This document shows positions 36,772 through 45,737 of a stretch of DNA of 64,000 bases, piece by piece. Positions within the stretch are counted from its first letter, which is position 1, and each line of letters starts with the position of its first letter. Source of the stretch: Candidatus Krumholzibacteriia bacterium (GTDB lineage Bacteria; Krumholzibacteriota; Krumholzibacteriia; JAJRXK01); assembly GCA_041484665.1 (NCBI GenBank), contig JBGPIA010000001.1, forward strand, positions 160,001 to 224,000. Direction: 5' to 3'. The notes under the pieces were generated by a model that worked only from the letters and a program-made list of their open reading frames with translations, was not told where the DNA came from and searched no databases. The position numbers and the translations under genes were made by a program.

Positions 36772-38370
36772 CTAGGACCCCAGGTCGACCTCGATCTCCT
36801 CTCCGTCCGTCTGGACCTCGAGGGGGATGAGCTTGGGTGCGAGCAGCCCTCCCTTGGCGCGGATGGTATGCCGGCCCGGCGTGAGACGCACCTTCCAGAT
36901 CATGGGGTCCGGCCCCGGGCTGTAGCTATCCTTGTCGTCGACCACCAGCTCCCTCACGTTGCCGTAGGGGTGGCCGCCCTTGCGGAAGCGCAGCACCGCC
37001 TGCACGAGCTTGGGTCCAACGATCTCGATGCGGCGCAGCAGGGGCTGGAGGTCCGCGCGTCCGACGGCGGTCAGGCGCAGGACGAAGGGCCCCGGCGAGA
37101 GCCCAGCCGTCGACCACCGCGCGCCCCCCGTCGAAGCGCCTCCGCTGAAAACGCGCGTCCAGGTCGCGCTGCCCGCGTCGGGCGCGCCCTCGATCAGCAT
37201 GTTGCCGTCGACTCCGGCAGTGCCCCAGCGAACCTCGAGCATGTCGCCCGCGGGCACCTGCTGTCCAGCGCCCGGGGACTCCCACCACAGGCCGCCCTCG
37301 ACCTTGAGCGCCCCCGCCAGGCGCGACACCTCGCCTCCCGCGCTGCCCGTCACCACCAGGTTCCAGGCGCCCGCCGAGACGAGGCCGGCCGCGACCGAGA
37401 GCTCGAGCGCGTCGGCGGACTTCGAGACGATCTTGCAGCTGACGCTCTCCCGGCCGTGCTCCAGCGAAGCCGCGATGGCACGGTCGAGGTGGCTCCCGCT
37501 GACGCGCAGGCGGCCGTCCCAGCCGGCGCTAGCGACCACGCGCGCCGGCTCGACGGCCTTGGGCTGCGGTGGCGGCTGGAAGGTCTCGACCTTCTCCTGC
37601 ACCTGCCGGACGTGGGGATCGGTGCCGGTACTCACGAACCACCGCAGCGGAAAGTCGACGCTGCCGCGCAGCGCGTCAAAGGAGCGCACCAGCTCCAGAT
37701 GATACTCCTGCTCGCCGCGTTTCATCCGGAACAGCAGGTCGTCGATCTGGATCGGGACTACGTAGACCGCAGGCTCGCCCTCTTTGGCCGTCACGCCCGG
37801 CTCCAACGCCCCGTGCAACCCCTCGACCGGGTCGTCGTGCTGGTTCTTAACGGCGACGAAGGTCGTGACCTTCTGGCTGAGGAACTCGCTCGCCCGATCG
37901 TTGAGCAGCACCTGGCGCAGCTTGCCCCTCTCGAAGGTGGCCTTGCTCAGCTCGAGAGTGAGGCGGTCCGGGTCGGAGCCCGGGTAGCGCAGGACGCCCA
38001 CGACGCGCTCGGCCTCGATCTCGCCACGGCGCTGGCTGCCCTTGACCGTGAGCTTGGCCGTACGGGCGCGAGCGGGTGGGAGCGGCTGCGGTGTCACGAG
38101 CTCGCCGGTCTTCTGCAGCCTGAGCGCGTACTCCATGTCCTCCAGCAGCTCGTTGCTGTCCACGAGCAGTGCGCTGCCCTGGCCGGTAAGGTCCGGATCG
38201 CCCTCGACCTCCACCTCGAAGCTGAACGGCGCCATGATCTGCCAGATGCGGAACGCCCCCAGCGCTCCCACCAGCACGGTGATGAGGAGCACGGGCAGGC
38301 GCATCCGGGCCCACGGGCCGCGCGGACGCCGCGGCGGCAGGGCAGCGGAGGAGGGCGCGGACTCAGGCAT
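36772..38370 (-). CDS. Membrane-anchored beta-rich protein with Ig-like and C-terminal PEGA-like domains
   Basis: TM LPVLLITVLVGALGAF; C-terminal LTPGRHTIRAKGG...LEVQ...EVDLG; start uncertain. Confidence 0.6.
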   Translation of the reverse strand: MPESAPSSAALPPRRPRGPWARMRLPVLLITVLVGALGAFRIWQIMAPFSFEVEVEGDPDLTGQGSALLVDSNELLEDMEYALRLQKTGELVTPQPLPPARARTAKLTVKGSQRRGEIEAERVVGVLRYPGSDPDRLTLELSKATFERGKLRQVLLNDRASEFLSQKVTTFVAVKNQHDDPVEGLHGALEPGVTAKEGEPAVYVVPIQIDDLLFRMKRGEQEYHLELVRSFDALRGSVDFPLRWFVSTGTDPHVRQVQEKVETFQPPPQPKAVEPARVVASAGWDGRLRVSGSHLDRAIAASLEHGRESVSCKIVSKSADALELSVAAGLVSAGAWNLVVTGSAGGEVSRLAGALKVEGGLWWESPGAGQQVPAGDMLEVRWGTAGVDGNMLIEGAPDAGSATWTRVFSGGASTGGARWSTAGLSPGPFVLRLTAVGRADLQPLLRRIEIVGPKLVQAVLRFRKGGHPYGNVRELVVDDKDSYSPGPDPMIWKVRLTPGRHTIRAKGGLLAPKLIPLEVQTDGEEIEVDLGS

Positions 38371-38389
38371 GATGGGGCGCGCCGAGGCG

Positions 38390-38974
38390 CTACTTGCAGC
38401 CCGCTGGATCGACCAGGACCTGCGCGTCCTTGCCAACCTTGGGGAAGAGCCGGTCCTGCGTGCCGATGCATGGCTCACCGCCGTGGATCAGGAACAGGGT
38501 GAGCACCTTTACGATGATGTTGCGCCCCTTGCCCTTCATCTGTACGGGGGAGTTCAGCTCGATCGGCGCGCCATCGGCGCCCACGGTCGATTCGAACAAG
38601 AGCGACAGCTTGCCGGCCTTGCCAGCGAAGCCATTGCCCTTGGCGTCGGTCACCTTGACCACGACGGGCGTGCCTTCCTTCAGTGCCACACAGCCCGAGA
38701 GGACCTTGTTGCGCGCGATCTCCCCCTGCAGCACCGCGCCCTTTTTTACGCTCCCGCTGCAGAACGGCGTCGGGAAGCGCACCTCCAGACTGTCTCCCTG
38801 GGCCAGCATGAGCTGCGTGTACTGGGCCCCGCCCGCTGCGGAGCCGGGCGCCGCAGCGCCGGCCGGGGTGGATGCCGCCCCGAGCGCGGCCGCCCACAGC
38901 AGGGCAATCAACGCAATCGCCGTGCCCGCTGCGGAGCCGGCCGAGCTGCCCTTCGCTTCGCGATTCGTTCGCAC
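38390..38974 (-). CDS. Small exported protein resembling a TrbI/VirB10 beta-barrel domain
   Basis: AGGAGG RBS, signal peptide; GDSLEVRF...LKEGTPVVVKVT...GKLSLLFES...DG pattern; hydrophobic hairpin IIVKVLTLFLI. Confidence 0.55.
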   Translation of the reverse strand: MRTNREAKGSSAGSAAGTAIALIALLWAAALGAASTPAGAAAPGSAAGGAQYTQLMLAQGDSLEVRFPTPFCSGSVKKGAVLQGEIARNKVLSGCVALKEGTPVVVKVTDAKGNGFAGKAGKLSLLFESTVGADGAPIELNSPVQMKGKGRNIIVKVLTLFLIHGGEPCIGTQDRLFPKVGKDAQVLVDPAGCK

Positions 38975-39106
38975 CGTCGAACACCTCCTGCACCGGAATG
39001 TCAGCCGCCCGCCCGCTCGCCCGGGCCGGCACGCTTGGGCCGTCACGCTCGGGCCGCTACGCTCAGTCCCACACGCCCGGGCCGGCGCGTTCGCGCCCGC
39101 GGGGCG

Positions 39107-42100
39107 TCATGGCAGCTCGGGGAGGGCGGCAGCGAGCTCCGTCCACCACCGGGGTTTGAATTCGAACTGCAGCGTCGCCACGTCGCTGCCGCCCGACGAC
39201 GGCGGCGGCAGGGCGGCCGAGGACGCGGCGATCTGCCGGGCCGTCTCGGGCGCGACGCGCGCCGTGAGCGTGCCCAAGAGCGACGTGGCTACGTGGCCAT
39301 CCCTGGGCGGGTCCACATAGAGGTGGAACCAGACCATCCCCTTATTCTCCTCGCGGCCCTGGATCAACAGCCGGTCCTGCGGCCCCACGGCCAGCGTGCC
39401 GCCGGCGTCCACGCGGGCCGTCGCGAAGCCGGTCCCGGGCGCCGCGAGCATCGGCGGCGCGAGCACCGAGATCAGCTCGGTGGCTGAGCCACCCGCGACG
39501 CGGCTCACGGTGATGCGCGGCCGGGCAACCTGTCGGCGCGTGCCCGAGTAGTCGGCGACCGAAAGCAGATGGACTTCGATCTGCTGGAGCGGGATCGGGA
39601 AGGGGCGCCCAAACGCCGCCACCAGCTCGCGGGCGGCAGCAACCCGCGCCTTCTCGCGTGGGTCACCCTCCAGCTGCCCCAGGTCGATCGCGGAGAGTTG
39701 GCGCACCAGAGCCGCCACGTTATTGAGCGCCGCCGCGCAGGTGGCGTCGCTCGCGCCACGCAGCTGGCCCACCGCCCCGCGCAGCTTCCCGTACACGTCG
39801 CGGAAGACGGCCTGGTGGCTCTGCGCCTGGTGCTGGTTGCGGGCCAGCCACGCGCTGCAGAGATCCCCGTAGAAGCCCTGGCCCAGCGCGCCGCGCGCGC
39901 CCTGCATCGCGGCGGCCACCGCCGGCGGCGCGGGGGACGGAGCGGCCTCGATCTGGCCCAGCACATCGATCATGCGCGCCAGCGCCTCCTGACTGGGCGC
40001 CGGCAGCGCCGCATCGCCCAGACGCGCGTAGACGCTCTTCGCCGCGCCGGTCTGCGGACCGCCGATCGCGCGCCATGCCTCCAGCTTCCAACGCGCGACA
40101 TGTGCGGCATAGTCGGCGACGGTGCAGGGGCTGGCCGCCGCGTTCGCCGGGCACAGCGCCACCGCTGCCGCAAGCAGCGCCTCGCCCTTGCCGGCCGCTC
40201 CGCCTGCCACCGCGCGCGCCGCCGCGTAGAACGCGTCCGCCTGCGCCAGCCGGCCGGGCACGGGCCGTCCGCCGTCGCGCAGGCGCGCCGCAGCGGCCTG
40301 CGCTTTCTTCACTCGCTCGGCCAGGTCGCCCTCGCTCAATGCAGCCGCACGATAGGGCACGGCCAGGGCCAGCGCGGAGAGCCCCGCGCGCTGCTCGGCG
40401 TCCATCAGGTCGCTGGCGGCGGCGGCGCCCTCGGCGATCTGGGCCAGCGTGGCCGGCGCGGCACAGCGCTCGGGGAACCCATCGGCGGCGGCCAGTAGTG
40501 CGCGAGCCGCCCGGGTGAACCCATCGCCCCCGCGCGTAGCAGCCAGCTTGCCCGCTGCGTCGGCGGCGCGCTGCAGAGCGTGCGCGCGGGCGACCGCCGT
40601 GCCCGTCACCGGATCGTTCTCCTTGCCCTCGGCCGAGGGCACGTGCAGCCTGCGCTCCTGCGCGTTGTAGGCCGCACGCAGCTGATCCAATGAGCCGGCG
40701 CTGAGCAGCTTCTGCAGCCCCTGCAGGCGGACCACCGACTCCGCGGCAGTCTGCGCTGCCTCCTGCAGGCTGGCCGCCACGGCCTTGAGGCTCTCGTCGC
40801 CGCGCGCCGACTTCGCGGCCTTCACCAGCTGCTCCTCGAGCGCGGGACACTCGGTGTCCAGCGCCGCGCTCGCGCGCTCGCCCAACGTTGTCAGCGCCGA
40901 CTTCATGGCCTCGGTGAGATCGAAATCGCGCGCGCCTTGGGCCAGCATCTGGGAGAGGATACCCTCGTGCTCGTCGACGAGCTGCGCAAGCGTCTTCGCG
41001 CTGGCGCGCCGCAGGCGCTCGCCGGACTGTACGTTCCCCGACTCCTGGCGGGCCGAGCGCGACAGCAGCACGCCCACGAGCGCGCCGGTGACCAGCACCG
41101 AGACGGCCACGATCACCAGGCCGCTGCGCGAGCGCCGCGAGCGACGAGACGAAGGTGGCAACGGCGGCGCCGGGGGTGGGACGCCGGCGGGCCGGTGCTG
41201 GAAGGGAAGCGCCGCGGCGCCGACACCCTCACCGGCGCCTTCGCGCAGCACGCCGCCGGCGGGATGCGGCGCCGCGGCGCCGGCCGCCGCGGTCGCCGCC
41301 GCCAGCGAGCCGACCTCGCTGCGACGCACCAGGCCCGTCGCGTGCGCCCAGTCCCGACGCTCCAGCGCCGCGAACAGATCGTTGACGTATCCAGTGGCGT
41401 CCGGCGGCAGCTGCGGCGGGCGCATGTCCTGCACCATCTGCAACGAGCGGCGGAAACTCGCCTCGTCCTGGCGCATGGCGGCCACTGCGAAGTTCTCGGC
41501 GTTGCGGTAGGCGAAGGTGGCCAGGCTCAGCCAGCGCCGCCGTGCGACCGGCGCCAGCTCCATCAGCTGCCCGAACACCTCCTCGGCCGCCGGGCTGTCG
41601 CTGGCCGAGGGCAGATGCAGGCGTCCCTCGGACAAGAGCCGCGTTAGCATCGCCCGCAGCATCGGGTACCGCTCGGGGAAGATCGCCCGCAGATCCTCGG
41701 CGCCGGTGGGATCCGACGGGAACTCCATGGGCGGGAAGGGCGTCTCAGGCGTCCACGCCTTCAGCAGCTCGCAGCGGCGACCGAGATGGAAGGGGTTGAA
41801 GTCGAGGGCGGCGTACATCTCCGCAGGAATGCGCACGATGTGGCGCAGCAACGCCCCGGGCCGCCCGCCGGCGTCGCGCCCCTGGTAGGTGATCTGGATG
41901 ACGGCGTAGTGCGATGGGTTGCCCGGCGGCGGGTCCTGATTCCACAGCGGAACCTGTACCAGCGCCCGTGTGAAGTCGGCCCCGGGCTCGTACTCGCCCC
42001 ACTGGTTGCAGATCTGCTCGTGCTGCTCGATGGCAGCCGCGTCCAGCCCAGGAGTGACAGCATGGGTGTGATGGCCGGGCTTGAGCCCGGGCAGGGCAAG

Positions 42101-42133
42101 TGAGGCGTAGATCTGTTGCTCGATGGTGTCCAT
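39107..42133 (-). CDS. GAP1-N2 (GTPase-associated protein 1) domain membrane protein with large helical extracytoplasmic region
   Basis: EQQIYAS...VTPG...YQGRDAGGRPGALLRH matches GAP1-N2 pattern; Pro-rich linker; single TM GLVIVAVSVLVTGALVGVLL. Confidence 0.7.
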   Translation of the reverse strand: MDTIEQQIYASLALPGLKPGHHTHAVTPGLDAAAIEQHEQICNQWGEYEPGADFTRALVQVPLWNQDPPPGNPSHYAVIQITYQGRDAGGRPGALLRHIVRIPAEMYAALDFNPFHLGRRCELLKAWTPETPFPPMEFPSDPTGAEDLRAIFPERYPMLRAMLTRLLSEGRLHLPSASDSPAAEEVFGQLMELAPVARRRWLSLATFAYRNAENFAVAAMRQDEASFRRSLQMVQDMRPPQLPPDATGYVNDLFAALERRDWAHATGLVRRSEVGSLAAATAAAGAAAPHPAGGVLREGAGEGVGAAALPFQHRPAGVPPPAPPLPPSSRRSRRSRSGLVIVAVSVLVTGALVGVLLSRSARQESGNVQSGERLRRASAKTLAQLVDEHEGILSQMLAQGARDFDLTEAMKSALTTLGERASAALDTECPALEEQLVKAAKSARGDESLKAVAASLQEAAQTAAESVVRLQGLQKLLSAGSLDQLRAAYNAQERRLHVPSAEGKENDPVTGTAVARAHALQRAADAAGKLAATRGGDGFTRAARALLAAADGFPERCAAPATLAQIAEGAAAASDLMDAEQRAGLSALALAVPYRAAALSEGDLAERVKKAQAAAARLRDGGRPVPGRLAQADAFYAAARAVAGGAAGKGEALLAAAVALCPANAAASPCTVADYAAHVARWKLEAWRAIGGPQTGAAKSVYARLGDAALPAPSQEALARMIDVLGQIEAAPSPAPPAVAAAMQGARGALGQGFYGDLCSAWLARNQHQAQSHQAVFRDVYGKLRGAVGQLRGASDATCAAALNNVAALVRQLSAIDLGQLEGDPREKARVAAARELVAAFGRPFPIPLQQIEVHLLSVADYSGTRRQVARPRITVSRVAGGSATELISVLAPPMLAAPGTGFATARVDAGGTLAVGPQDRLLIQGREENKGMVWFHLYVDPPRDGHVATSLLGTLTARVAPETARQIAASSAALPPPSSGGSDVATLQFEFKPRWWTELAAALPELP

Positions 42134-42179
42134 GCGACCGCCAGTGCTTCGCGGCGCGCGACGGCGCGGCTGCCGGGAG

Positions 42180-44624
42180 CTACTCCGTCGGGAATGCCTC
42201 GCTCAGCGGCTGAACGAACGAGTCGTTGACGAGCTTCTCCAGTCCCTCGAAGACCACCTCGGTCTTCGCTCCGCCAGCGCCTGGGCACGCGATCGAGAGC
42301 GCCAGCTTGTGCAGCTCGAAGATGTGGCCGGCCTTCTCGCCGCAGGCGTTGACCTTCTCCGCGCCCGCCTTCTGCAGGCCGACGCGCACCTCGGCGCCGG
42401 GCGCCCAGCGCACGTCCATGGAGAAGCCCGCCTTGGCCGTGCTGCGCGCCCACTCCTGGCTGATTGGGTCCCAGTAGACGACGACGAAGCCGTCGGGTGC
42501 CGACTTCACCGTCAGCTGCAGCACCGCGCCCTTCTCCTTGAGCGTCGCCAGGCGTTGCTTGTAGCGGTCCAGCGCCTGCCCGCGCTGTCCGGTGAGGGCG
42601 GTGTCGCGCAGTCGCCGCTCGGTGTCGGGGTCCTCGAACCACCCGAGGTCACCGCTCTTTTTGTGCTCCGCGATCTGCGTGCTCAGTGTGCGCTCGCCGA
42701 CCCCTTTGATTTGGCGCATGGCCCAGCCTGCTACGGGCTTGAGGTCGTTCTCCGGGACCTCGCGCAGCTGCTGGAGGATGGTGCGGGCGTCGCCCGGCGA
42801 CTGGGCCCCCAGCGCATCCGCCATCAGCCCCAGGTACTCCAGGAGCTTCTCAGCCGTCGCGGCTAGCGTGGAGAAGTCCGCGACGTCGCTCTGCTTGGCA
42901 GCGGTGGCGAAGTCCTGCACCGTCTTACGCAGCGCACCCAGGTCCTCGCCCGGGTTGTTGCGTTTGCAAAGGGTGTCCAGCTGATGGAGGATGTCGTCCC
43001 ACTGGGTGCGCAGGGACCGTTGCGCGCCCGTGTAGTGCATCTGCTGGCATCCCTCGGCGCACTCCCGCGCGAGCTTGTCGTACTCCTCGCGCAGGGTCCC
43101 GCGCACGGGCACGAGCTTGTCGCAGATCTTGCGGCAGCTGTCCACCTGAGCGTCGGTCGCGGCATGGGTGAGCTGGGCGAAGCGCCGGGCGAACTCGTGC
43201 ATCTGCGCCGCCACGCCGCGGTTGTAGGCCGTGATGTGGCGCCAGACCCCCTCCTCCACCTGCGTCTGCTGTTGCCCGCGCAGGTCGCCGAACCAGCGGT
43301 GCTCGCGCTGCCAGGTGTCGGTTCCGAATCCCTCGGCCAGCGCCCTGAGCTCGGCGGGCGTGCGCAGGGCGGGCAGCTCGTCCTGCAGGAATAGGTGGGC
43401 CTTGTAGCGGGCCTCGAGCTCGTTGGCGCGGTGCTTCACCTCGCCCGCGCCAGCCTTGGGCAGCGAGAAGAAGGCGAAGTTCTGCACGATCAGGCGCCGG
43501 GATTGCTTGTGCAGGACGGTGCCGATCCGCTCCTTGGACTCACCGCCGTCGAGCATCTCGGCCAGTGACTCGCGGTGCGGCAGCAGGTGCCACGCGTAGA
43601 AGACCGAGTAGAAGATGAGCACGATCAAGGCGAAGCGGAAGACGAAGCGCCGCACTGCATTGAAAGCGGCAATCCTCTCCTTCTGCCGGATGGTGTCCAC
43701 CACCCACAGGAACGGCGTCTTGACGCCGATGCCGTTGGGATCTTCGGGTGGGCGCGTGGCGACCTTGCCGTCTTGGGTCTCGAGCTTGCGCACGTGGCCG
43801 ACCGACGACACGAAGAAGACCTGGAACTCCATGGAGAGCGTCATCAGGAAGTCGAAGAACAAGGCCAGGCTGCCCAACGTCTTGCGCACCTGCTCTTGGA
43901 ACACGATGTTGCGCGCCACGTGATACTGGTTGCAGATGCCGTCAACGAATTCGTTGAAGCTCTTGGCCTTCAGGTACTCGGCCTTGCGGCTGACCAGTAC
44001 CACCTGGCTCTGGTTCTCGAAGCCCGCCAGCCCGTCGGCCTTGGTGATCATCAGGCCGATGGGGATGCGCAGTCCCTTGCCGCCGCCTTCGCTGACCTGG
44101 TTGATCATGACCGTGAAGTTCATGATCTCGCGCTCGCACTTACGCGGATCGGCGATCATCTCGGGCGACAGCAGGAACAGGATGGCGTCGCACGCCTGGA
44201 AATAGCGGATCAGGTTCTCCTTGGCGGCGCTGTCCTGCTCCAGATCGATCGTCTCGCCCTTGTAATCGCGCGTGCTGAAAGGGAACTGGCTGCCGCCCCG
44301 GATGGCGGCCTTGAAATTAAGCTGGGTCTCCTCCACCGTCCCGGGCAGCCACTCCCCCGAGCGCAGGATGTTCAGGTTGTTGATGAGCTGCTTGCCGGTG
44401 TTGGGGTCCTCGGGGTCGAGGCGGAACTCCTGGTCGTGGCGGCAGGCCTTGTAGAGCATGGTGAAGAACACGCTCTTGCCCACGTTGCTGGGACCGTAGA
44501 TGCCGATGCGCCGCTCGCCCGGCAGGCGGTCGGCGGCCGCTTCCTTGCCTTTGCCGCCCTTCTTCCCTTTGAAGGGCTTGCCGATGGCCTTGAAGATATT
44601 GATCAGGAACTTCAGCAGGGCCAT
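42180..44624 (-). CDS. Membrane-anchored TRAFAC P-loop GTPase (double-GTPase-2-like); TssM-like architecture
   Basis: G1 GPSNVGKS, G2 T (PGT), G3 DYKG, G4 TKAD, G5 VSS; TM FALIVLIFYSVFYAW; helical region and beta-rich C-terminus. Confidence 0.8.
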   Translation of the reverse strand: MALLKFLINIFKAIGKPFKGKKGGKGKEAAADRLPGERRIGIYGPSNVGKSVFFTMLYKACRHDQEFRLDPEDPNTGKQLINNLNILRSGEWLPGTVEETQLNFKAAIRGGSQFPFSTRDYKGETIDLEQDSAAKENLIRYFQACDAILFLLSPEMIADPRKCEREIMNFTVMINQVSEGGGKGLRIPIGLMITKADGLAGFENQSQVVLVSRKAEYLKAKSFNEFVDGICNQYHVARNIVFQEQVRKTLGSLALFFDFLMTLSMEFQVFFVSSVGHVRKLETQDGKVATRPPEDPNGIGVKTPFLWVVDTIRQKERIAAFNAVRRFVFRFALIVLIFYSVFYAWHLLPHRESLAEMLDGGESKERIGTVLHKQSRRLIVQNFAFFSLPKAGAGEVKHRANELEARYKAHLFLQDELPALRTPAELRALAEGFGTDTWQREHRWFGDLRGQQQTQVEEGVWRHITAYNRGVAAQMHEFARRFAQLTHAATDAQVDSCRKICDKLVPVRGTLREEYDKLARECAEGCQQMHYTGAQRSLRTQWDDILHQLDTLCKRNNPGEDLGALRKTVQDFATAAKQSDVADFSTLAATAEKLLEYLGLMADALGAQSPGDARTILQQLREVPENDLKPVAGWAMRQIKGVGERTLSTQIAEHKKSGDLGWFEDPDTERRLRDTALTGQRGQALDRYKQRLATLKEKGAVLQLTVKSAPDGFVVVYWDPISQEWARSTAKAGFSMDVRWAPGAEVRVGLQKAGAEKVNACGEKAGHIFELHKLALSIACPGAGGAKTEVVFEGLEKLVNDSFVQPLSEAFPTE

Positions 44625-44627
44625 GGC

Positions 44628-45650
44628 CTAGCCCTCCTTCGCCGGCGCCGCGGCTTTGGCGTCGCGATCGAGGTGCTGCAGGTCCTGCTCGATCAAGTCG
44701 CCCGCCCGCCGCAGGTCCGTCTCGATCTGGCTGAGGCGGTTGCGGTTCTGGTGGCCCCAGAAGAACAGCCCCATGGACATCCCCAGCAGGATCACGACGA
44801 TCAGCACCGTCTGAAGGATGTAGGCGCCCTTGCGCTTGCTCAGCTCGTAGGCGATGTACTCGCCGGCCATGCGCTCGACCATGCCGCGGAACAGCCGGGC
44901 CACGCCCGCCTTGAAGCGGGTCCACCACGTCTCGCCCTTGTCGTACTCGTAGCGCTCGATCTGGTAGCTCAACAACGGTGCGCCGTCCAGGTGCTGCTTG
45001 CGCAGCCGCGGGAAGACGCCGTCCTTGCTCAGGCGCTGCTCCAGCGATCCCGGCACGCGGATCAGGTTCTCGCCGGGGTACTTCACGCGGCGCCGTGCCA
45101 GCTGGTAGACGAGCTCGCCTGGCTCCTGCTCCACGAGCTGGCTGGCCTTCTCGTCATCCCAGACCGGCACCTTCTCGAGGTTCTCGAAGCGCGCGATCCG
45201 CTCCACCAGGAACAGACACAGCTCCAGCTTGCCGCCGAGCGCGCCCTTCTTGAGCAGCAGCGGCAGCACGTAGGTGTGGACGAAGCGCAGGTCGGGCACC
45301 TGCCGCTGGCGCGTCTTCTCGCACCAGCGATACGCCTGCTCGAAGCCGCGCCCGTAGTCGGCGTGGTAGCGGTGGTGGATGGTCAGCGCGTGCGAGACCA
45401 CCTGTCGCAGATCGGAGGTGTCCAGGTCGGCGATCGAGACTGCGTTGAACAACGCCTGGTCCAGGGCAAAGGCCTGCGCCTCCACCTCGCCGGACAGCTC
45501 GATGGCGCGCTCGACGCTCTCGTACAGACGCATGAACTCCTCGGCGGAGAGCGTTGCCGGGGTGCGCTCGTAGGTCTCGATCAGCTGGTAGAGCCGACCG
45601 GTCCACTCCTGCCCCTTGTCGACGATCTGGGTCTCGGCGCCCTGGGCCAT
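44628..45650 (-). CDS. Hypothetical helical protein with C-terminal membrane anchor (TssL-like position/topology)
   Basis: Soluble helical N-terminal ~280 aa, TM ILQTVLIVVILLGMSMGLFFW, short coiled tail; between tssK and the GTPase. Confidence 0.6.
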   Translation of the reverse strand: MAQGAETQIVDKGQEWTGRLYQLIETYERTPATLSAEEFMRLYESVERAIELSGEVEAQAFALDQALFNAVSIADLDTSDLRQVVSHALTIHHRYHADYGRGFEQAYRWCEKTRQRQVPDLRFVHTYVLPLLLKKGALGGKLELCLFLVERIARFENLEKVPVWDDEKASQLVEQEPGELVYQLARRRVKYPGENLIRVPGSLEQRLSKDGVFPRLRKQHLDGAPLLSYQIERYEYDKGETWWTRFKAGVARLFRGMVERMAGEYIAYELSKRKGAYILQTVLIVVILLGMSMGLFFWGHQNRNRLSQIETDLRRAGDLIEQDLQHLDRDAKAAAPAKEG

Positions 45651-45737
45651 GGTCGAGGTCTCCCCCTCCGGTGCGTTGGCGCGCAGCTTCCGGCGCGCCG
45701 GTCAGCGCCCGCCGCCGCTCATCCCCGTAGCAGCCGT

